Source: an uncultured Poribacteria bacterium (GTDB taxonomy: Bacteria > Poribacteria > WGA-4E > WGA-3G). From it: a stretch of DNA of 64,000 bases. Shown here one piece after another: positions 59,676-64,000 of the stretch (positions within the stretch are counted from its first letter, which is position 1; each line of letters opens with the position of its first letter). The translations under genes were made by a program, and so were the position numbers. The stretch is from positions 4,192,001 through 4,256,000 of the forward strand of contig OX638351.1 in assembly GCA_951813565.1 (NCBI GenBank). The letters run 5' to 3'. The notes under the pieces are model-generated. The model was not told the DNA's origin. It saw nothing but the letters and a program-made list of their open reading frames with translations, and did no database searches.

Positions 59676-60611
59676 ATGATGACATTGAACATACCGAAAA
59701 AAATCCCAACAGGCGCACCCTTTCAATTCGGTGAGCACCGTTTTCATTTTGGTGAGGAGATCGTCGAATTAGCAGATTCCACCGCACTTCTCAATAATCT
59801 TGATGCGTTGGACAAAAAGATGCGTGAGGATGGGTACCTATTTATTCGAGGTTTCCATCCGCGGGCACATGCGGAGAAAGCTGCACATTGGACATTACAA
59901 GCTATTGCGGAAAGGGGAGGCATAAAGCATGACACGCCCGTTGAAGAGGGTATCGTCGGGAAAGCGAATCGGACATTTAGCTTTTTTCGACAAACTGAGG
60001 TGGCGCATGCCAAACCGATTCTTAATGTTGTGGATAGCCAGCGAACGATGCAGTTCTACGAAGAATTCCTTGGTGGTTCGGTCATTACGTTTGATAAACG
60101 GTGGCTCCGTTGCATGGCGATGGGTGGGCACAATCATTTTCACTACGATAGCGTTTACGTTGGGCGCGGCACACAGAACCGGTACACGATGTGGAGCGCA
60201 TTGACGGATATCGGTCTGGAAAATGGGCCGCTCGTCATCTGCCTTGGTTCCCATCGGCACGAACGATTAAAGTCCACTTATGGCGCGACCGATATGGACC
60301 GCGATTTGACGGAAGCCGTGTTCAGTACCGACCCACGCGAGATGGTTGAGAAATTTGGATTCACGTTGGCAACAGCACATTTCCAACCGGGTGACGTTAT
60401 TATTTTTGGGCTTTACATGATGCACAGCAGTGCTCCCAATCGTTCTGACCGCTATCGTATCAGCATTGATACGCGATATCAACTTGCTCGTGAAGAGAAG
60501 GATGACCGCTTCTTTTTCCGTGAAGATGGCAGTTGGCTCGGTAATTTTTACAACAAAGATGTGAGTTACAGACCGATGGCGGAACTCCGCCATGAGTGGG
60601 GATTGGTATAA
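59676..60611 (+). CDS. PhyH-family dioxygenase
   Basis: MREDGYLFIRG, HYD, GSH, MHSS.PN....RISIDTRY. Confidence 0.88.
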   Translation: MMTLNIPKKIPTGAPFQFGEHRFHFGEEIVELADSTALLNNLDALDKKMREDGYLFIRGFHPRAHAEKAAHWTLQAIAERGGIKHDTPVEEGIVGKANRTFSFFRQTEVAHAKPILNVVDSQRTMQFYEEFLGGSVITFDKRWLRCMAMGGHNHFHYDSVYVGRGTQNRYTMWSALTDIGLENGPLVICLGSHRHERLKSTYGATDMDRDLTEAVFSTDPREMVEKFGFTLATAHFQPGDVIIFGLYMMHSSAPNRSDRYRISIDTRYQLAREEKDDRFFFREDGSWLGNFYNKDVSYRPMAELRHEWGLV

Positions 60612-60634
60612 TACCATTATTAAGGAGGATTCGT

Positions 60635-62275
60635 ATGGTTTACAAGCAATGGAATTTTGCGGTTTTAATCGTTATCTTGATTTTTTACTGGGTTGGAAAC
60701 AGTGTAGCAGCAAAAAATACAACTGCAACCGGCACTGTGTTTTTAGATACAAACAAAAACCGAGTGAAGGACGACAATGAGAAGGGGTTATCTGGTGTTC
60801 GCGTCTCTAATGGGCAGGATGTTGTCCAAACCGATGCTAACGGGCAATACTCGCTCACAGTCAGTGATGACAACATTCTGTTTGTCATTAAGCCCCGTGG
60901 GTTTATGACACCAGTTGATGAAAATCGTCTCCCGAAATTTTATTACATTCACAAACCGCACGGCTCACCAAAAGGACTGAAGTATGCTGGTATCGCACCA
61001 ACCGGTCCATTACCAACGTCTATTGATTTTCCACTTTTTGAACAACTCGAACCTGATACCTTCAAGGTGCTCGTCTTTGGGGATACACAACCTCGTAATA
61101 TGCAAGAGATTGAGTGGTTAGCACATGATGTGATTGAAGAAGTTATTGGAACTGATGCAGTGTTCGGACTCAGCCTTGGCGATTTGGTAGGAGACAATTT
61201 AAAGTTATTCCAACCTCTTAACGAAGTGATGGCTACTGTTGGGATACCATGGTACAACGTCCACGGTAACCATGATATGAACCGTCTTGCTACCGATGAC
61301 CGTTATGCCGATGAGACATTCGAGCGGGTTTACGGTCCCACGTGCTATTCTTACGATTGGGGCCCAGTCCATTTCATAAACATCGACAATGTGCACTTTC
61401 TCCCCGATAAGGTTGATAATCCTCCCTACTTGAGTGAAATAGGAGAACGGCAGTTGACGTTCATTCGAAATGATCTTGCTTTTGTGCCGAAAGATCAACT
61501 TGTTGTTGTATCCATGCATATTCCGTTGACCGAGATGCGTGATGTGGAGAAATTGATGAATCTACTCGGTGACCGACCCCACACCTTATCCCTGTCTGCA
61601 CACACGCACATCCAACGGGATGACTTTGTCGGAGCGGAGCACGGTTGGCATGGCGATGACCCACATCATCACCACAATCATGCAACTACATCGGGCAGTT
61701 GGTGGCAAGGGTCGCTTGATGAAATCGGTATTCCTCACACAACCATGCGAGATGGTGCACCAAACGGGTATGGCATCTTCACTTTTAGCGGAAATAAATA
61801 TTCAATTCGGTTTAAAGCCGCCCGTCGTCCAGCGGGTTATCAGATGAATATATGGACTCCATGGGAAGTTGTGTCAAAGGACACTGGCAAAACAGATGTA
61901 CTCGTTAATATTTTTGGCGGCACCAAACGTTCAAAGGTTGAAATGCGTCTTGGTGAAGACGAGGAATGGCTACCGATGATCTATATGCCGCAGAAAGACC
62001 CATACTTTCAAGCACTCAAGGAGCGGGACGAAACGTACCACCTTGAGCGGAAAATGCATACTGCACTACGGGAAACAATGAAACTGATGTTGAAGGAAGA
62101 GGACCAGCTGCCACAAAGGGGGAAGCGACTTGTTTACGGCGTTCCAAGATCATGGCACATCTGGCAAGCGAAACTCCCAGCGAATGTCCGCAAAGGCACG
62201 CACGTTATATACGTCCGTACGACTGATATGTTTGATCAAACTTTCACAGGGCGCCGAATCATCCGAGTGCGCTAA
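60635..62275 (+). CDS. Secreted calcineurin-like metallophosphoesterase
   Basis: G.VFLD.N.N, VSNG, GDTQ, LGDLV, GNHD, HIP, AHTH, SGSWW, DGAPNGY. Confidence 0.9.
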   Translation: MVYKQWNFAVLIVILIFYWVGNSVAAKNTTATGTVFLDTNKNRVKDDNEKGLSGVRVSNGQDVVQTDANGQYSLTVSDDNILFVIKPRGFMTPVDENRLPKFYYIHKPHGSPKGLKYAGIAPTGPLPTSIDFPLFEQLEPDTFKVLVFGDTQPRNMQEIEWLAHDVIEEVIGTDAVFGLSLGDLVGDNLKLFQPLNEVMATVGIPWYNVHGNHDMNRLATDDRYADETFERVYGPTCYSYDWGPVHFINIDNVHFLPDKVDNPPYLSEIGERQLTFIRNDLAFVPKDQLVVVSMHIPLTEMRDVEKLMNLLGDRPHTLSLSAHTHIQRDDFVGAEHGWHGDDPHHHHNHATTSGSWWQGSLDEIGIPHTTMRDGAPNGYGIFTFSGNKYSIRFKAARRPAGYQMNIWTPWEVVSKDTGKTDVLVNIFGGTKRSKVEMRLGEDEEWLPMIYMPQKDPYFQALKERDETYHLERKMHTALRETMKLMLKEEDQLPQRGKRLVYGVPRSWHIWQAKLPANVRKGTHVIYVRTTDMFDQTFTGRRIIRVR

Positions 62276-62295
62276 CTTGGTATTTATGTTGTGGT

Positions 62296-63456
62296 TTACG
62301 CCATTACACTCTCTATCCATGCTTCATCAATTTCAAGACCGAAGCCGGGAGCATCTGACGGAACAAGGTAACCGTCTTTGATGACTGCTGTTCCGGGCAA
62401 TTTAACCATCTCTTCAAGTGGCACACCTGGTGCAGAAACGCCTTCCGAACGTTCACCCCACGTGATTGCAGGCATAGCAAAAGCAAGATGTTGTCCATAA
62501 GGGTAATTCATGCCGCCATGCGTAATCACCGAGATACCGTTTGCTTCAGCAATATGGCAGATTTTCATTGCAGCGGTAATGCCACCACACCACAAAACAT
62601 CTGGCTGGAATATGTCGACCAATCTTTGACCCGCTGCTGCCGCAAAGACGGTTGGCAAGTACCAATGTTCTCCTGTGGCAAGCGTTTGCCACGGTATACG
62701 TTGTCGGACCGTTTGGTATCCCACCAGATCATCAGCAGAAATGTAATCTTCCATCCACTTTAAGCCGTAAGGTTTCATGGTTTCACAAACACGCACCGTG
62801 TATTCTACATCAAAGTTGGTCCACGCATCCAACATTAATTCGACGTTACCGCCGATTACCTCTCTCGTGTTTGCCACTAATTCTTCAAGTTTTCGCAAAC
62901 CTTCTAATCCATCTTCTGGACCGTACGGTGTAAATAGCTTTGTCGCTTTGAATCCAAGTTCCATATACCATTCCTGATCAAAACCGGAAGCATAACACAA
63001 TATCTTTTCCTTTTGAGGTCCACCAAGAAGTTCGTAAACAGGTCTTTTCAGGATTTTCCCTTTAAGATCCCACAATGCACAATCAACAGCACTGATAGCA
63101 TAACTTGTCAAACCGGTTGCGCCAAATGCAGTTGATAATCGCACCATCATGTCCCATATTTTTTCGGTTGCCATGCAATTCTGTCCAACAAGATGTGGTG
63201 CAAAGTGGTCTGTAATAATCTGGATGACCGGTCCGCCGTAGAGTGAAATTCCGAAACCCCAGGTACCGTCTTCAGCCGTAATAATACAAGCAGGTCTTTT
63301 CCATTCCGCTTGTGAGATGTGCGTAGAATTTGATGTTTGATAACGGTCAATTGGGCGGTTCAAGCGGTAGGTTTTTGCGCGACTCGGTTTGCGTGGCGGG
63401 GTCTTTGGTTTCGGATTTAATGTAACTTCTACAACGCGAATGTCCTTGATTTTCAT
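62296..63456 (-). CDS. Enolase superfamily, L-rhamnonate dehydratase-like
   Basis: AISAVDCALWDLKGK, LMLDAW, WMED, ATGEH, QPDVLWCGG, PGFG. Confidence 0.82.
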   Translation of the reverse strand: MKIKDIRVVEVTLNPKPKTPPRKPSRAKTYRLNRPIDRYQTSNSTHISQAEWKRPACIITAEDGTWGFGISLYGGPVIQIITDHFAPHLVGQNCMATEKIWDMMVRLSTAFGATGLTSYAISAVDCALWDLKGKILKRPVYELLGGPQKEKILCYASGFDQEWYMELGFKATKLFTPYGPEDGLEGLRKLEELVANTREVIGGNVELMLDAWTNFDVEYTVRVCETMKPYGLKWMEDYISADDLVGYQTVRQRIPWQTLATGEHWYLPTVFAAAAGQRLVDIFQPDVLWCGGITAAMKICHIAEANGISVITHGGMNYPYGQHLAFAMPAITWGERSEGVSAPGVPLEEMVKLPGTAVIKDGYLVPSDAPGFGLEIDEAWIESVMA

Positions 63457-63537
63457 AGTATACCTTTTATGCGTGTTCAACTCTCTACCGGTATTATATC
63501 AAAACCATCATGTAATTGCAACCCCGACCCAGATACA

Positions 63538-64000
63538 GGGTGTGTAAAGTTTTTGGCATGAATATCACGCTGCTTTTGTGTTTGTATACCAATAATTATT
63601 CCATGCTTCATTTTTCAACAAACACCTCCACTTCAGCACAGCATTGATACCCGGTTTCTCCCATCTCATAGCAGCTTGTTTGCATCTTTGTCCGACAACA
63701 TGTTTACACGCACTTTCAATCACACCACTGCCAATCTGATACCCTTTTTCTCTAAACGCTTTATACTGCATTCGCTTCGCGTGTTTTTCGAAATACCGCG
63801 CTTCTCTTTCTAAAATATCCGATACTTCCGGGGTCTGTGTGTCTAAGCCACGAATGCGTGCGGCTACTTCTGTAATGTTGCCATCATAAAGGATAGGTTC
63901 TGTCCTTTTTACCCAGTCTTGTATCGCCTCTGTTTCAGTCTCTCCGAACGCAACTTTAGCAACATCATATAGATGAGACTTCGCATGCATATAATCCACA
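63538..64000 (-). mobile_element. ISKra4-like IS, 3' part (transposase C-terminus 63565-63999), runs off the window
   Basis: TIR GGGTGTGTAAAGTTT at 63538; protein near-identical to 43128-44096, with D..HA and GSGVIESACK..V..R.K...MRW intact. Confidence 0.88.

Noticed and set aside
237..63350. Numerous short antisense or alternate-frame ORFs in the track
   Set aside because: Shadows of well-supported genes, without motifs or RBS.
1..64000. rRNA, tRNA (including selC) and riboswitches
   Set aside because: None recognised by eye; a covariance-model search would be needed to exclude them.

Overview
64-kb bacterial chromosomal window, most likely from Candidatus Poribacteria. This is an inference from five PhyH-family dioxygenases, WD40/TPR/HEAT proteins, and LamG-like proteins ending in a V-[ED]-x-x-x-K-L-x-x-x-W-x-x-x-K tail. 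Most genes are catabolic or transport genes: three enolase-superfamily enzymes, two Gfo/Idh/MocA oxidoreductases, a PL2 pectate lyase, an aldolase, a TonB receptor with a sigma54 promoter, and ABC components. Housekeeping genes include coaD, alr, pduO and comEA. Candidate defence genes are a Hhe-type helicase-nuclease, a coupled DUF3696 ATPase + PIN pair, an orphan antitoxin and a decayed helical protein. Four IS remnants are present, and the intergenic DNA is dense with GTAG-type REP hairpins and miniature TIR elements. Top observations: (1) a rhodanese-MoeB gene with in-frame TGA at the conserved Cys followed by a SECIS-like hairpin, a probable selenoprotein; (2) three miniature elements sharing AACGTGAGTT TIRs and 5-6 bp target duplications but with unrelated REP-bearing interiors, one nested; (3) an IS50-like element flanked on both sides by inverted half-copies of an IS200/IS605-type left end cut at the same base; (4) the ATPase-PIN pair. 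No rRNA, tRNA or CRISPR array was recognised. All family calls come from motif reading, not database searches.
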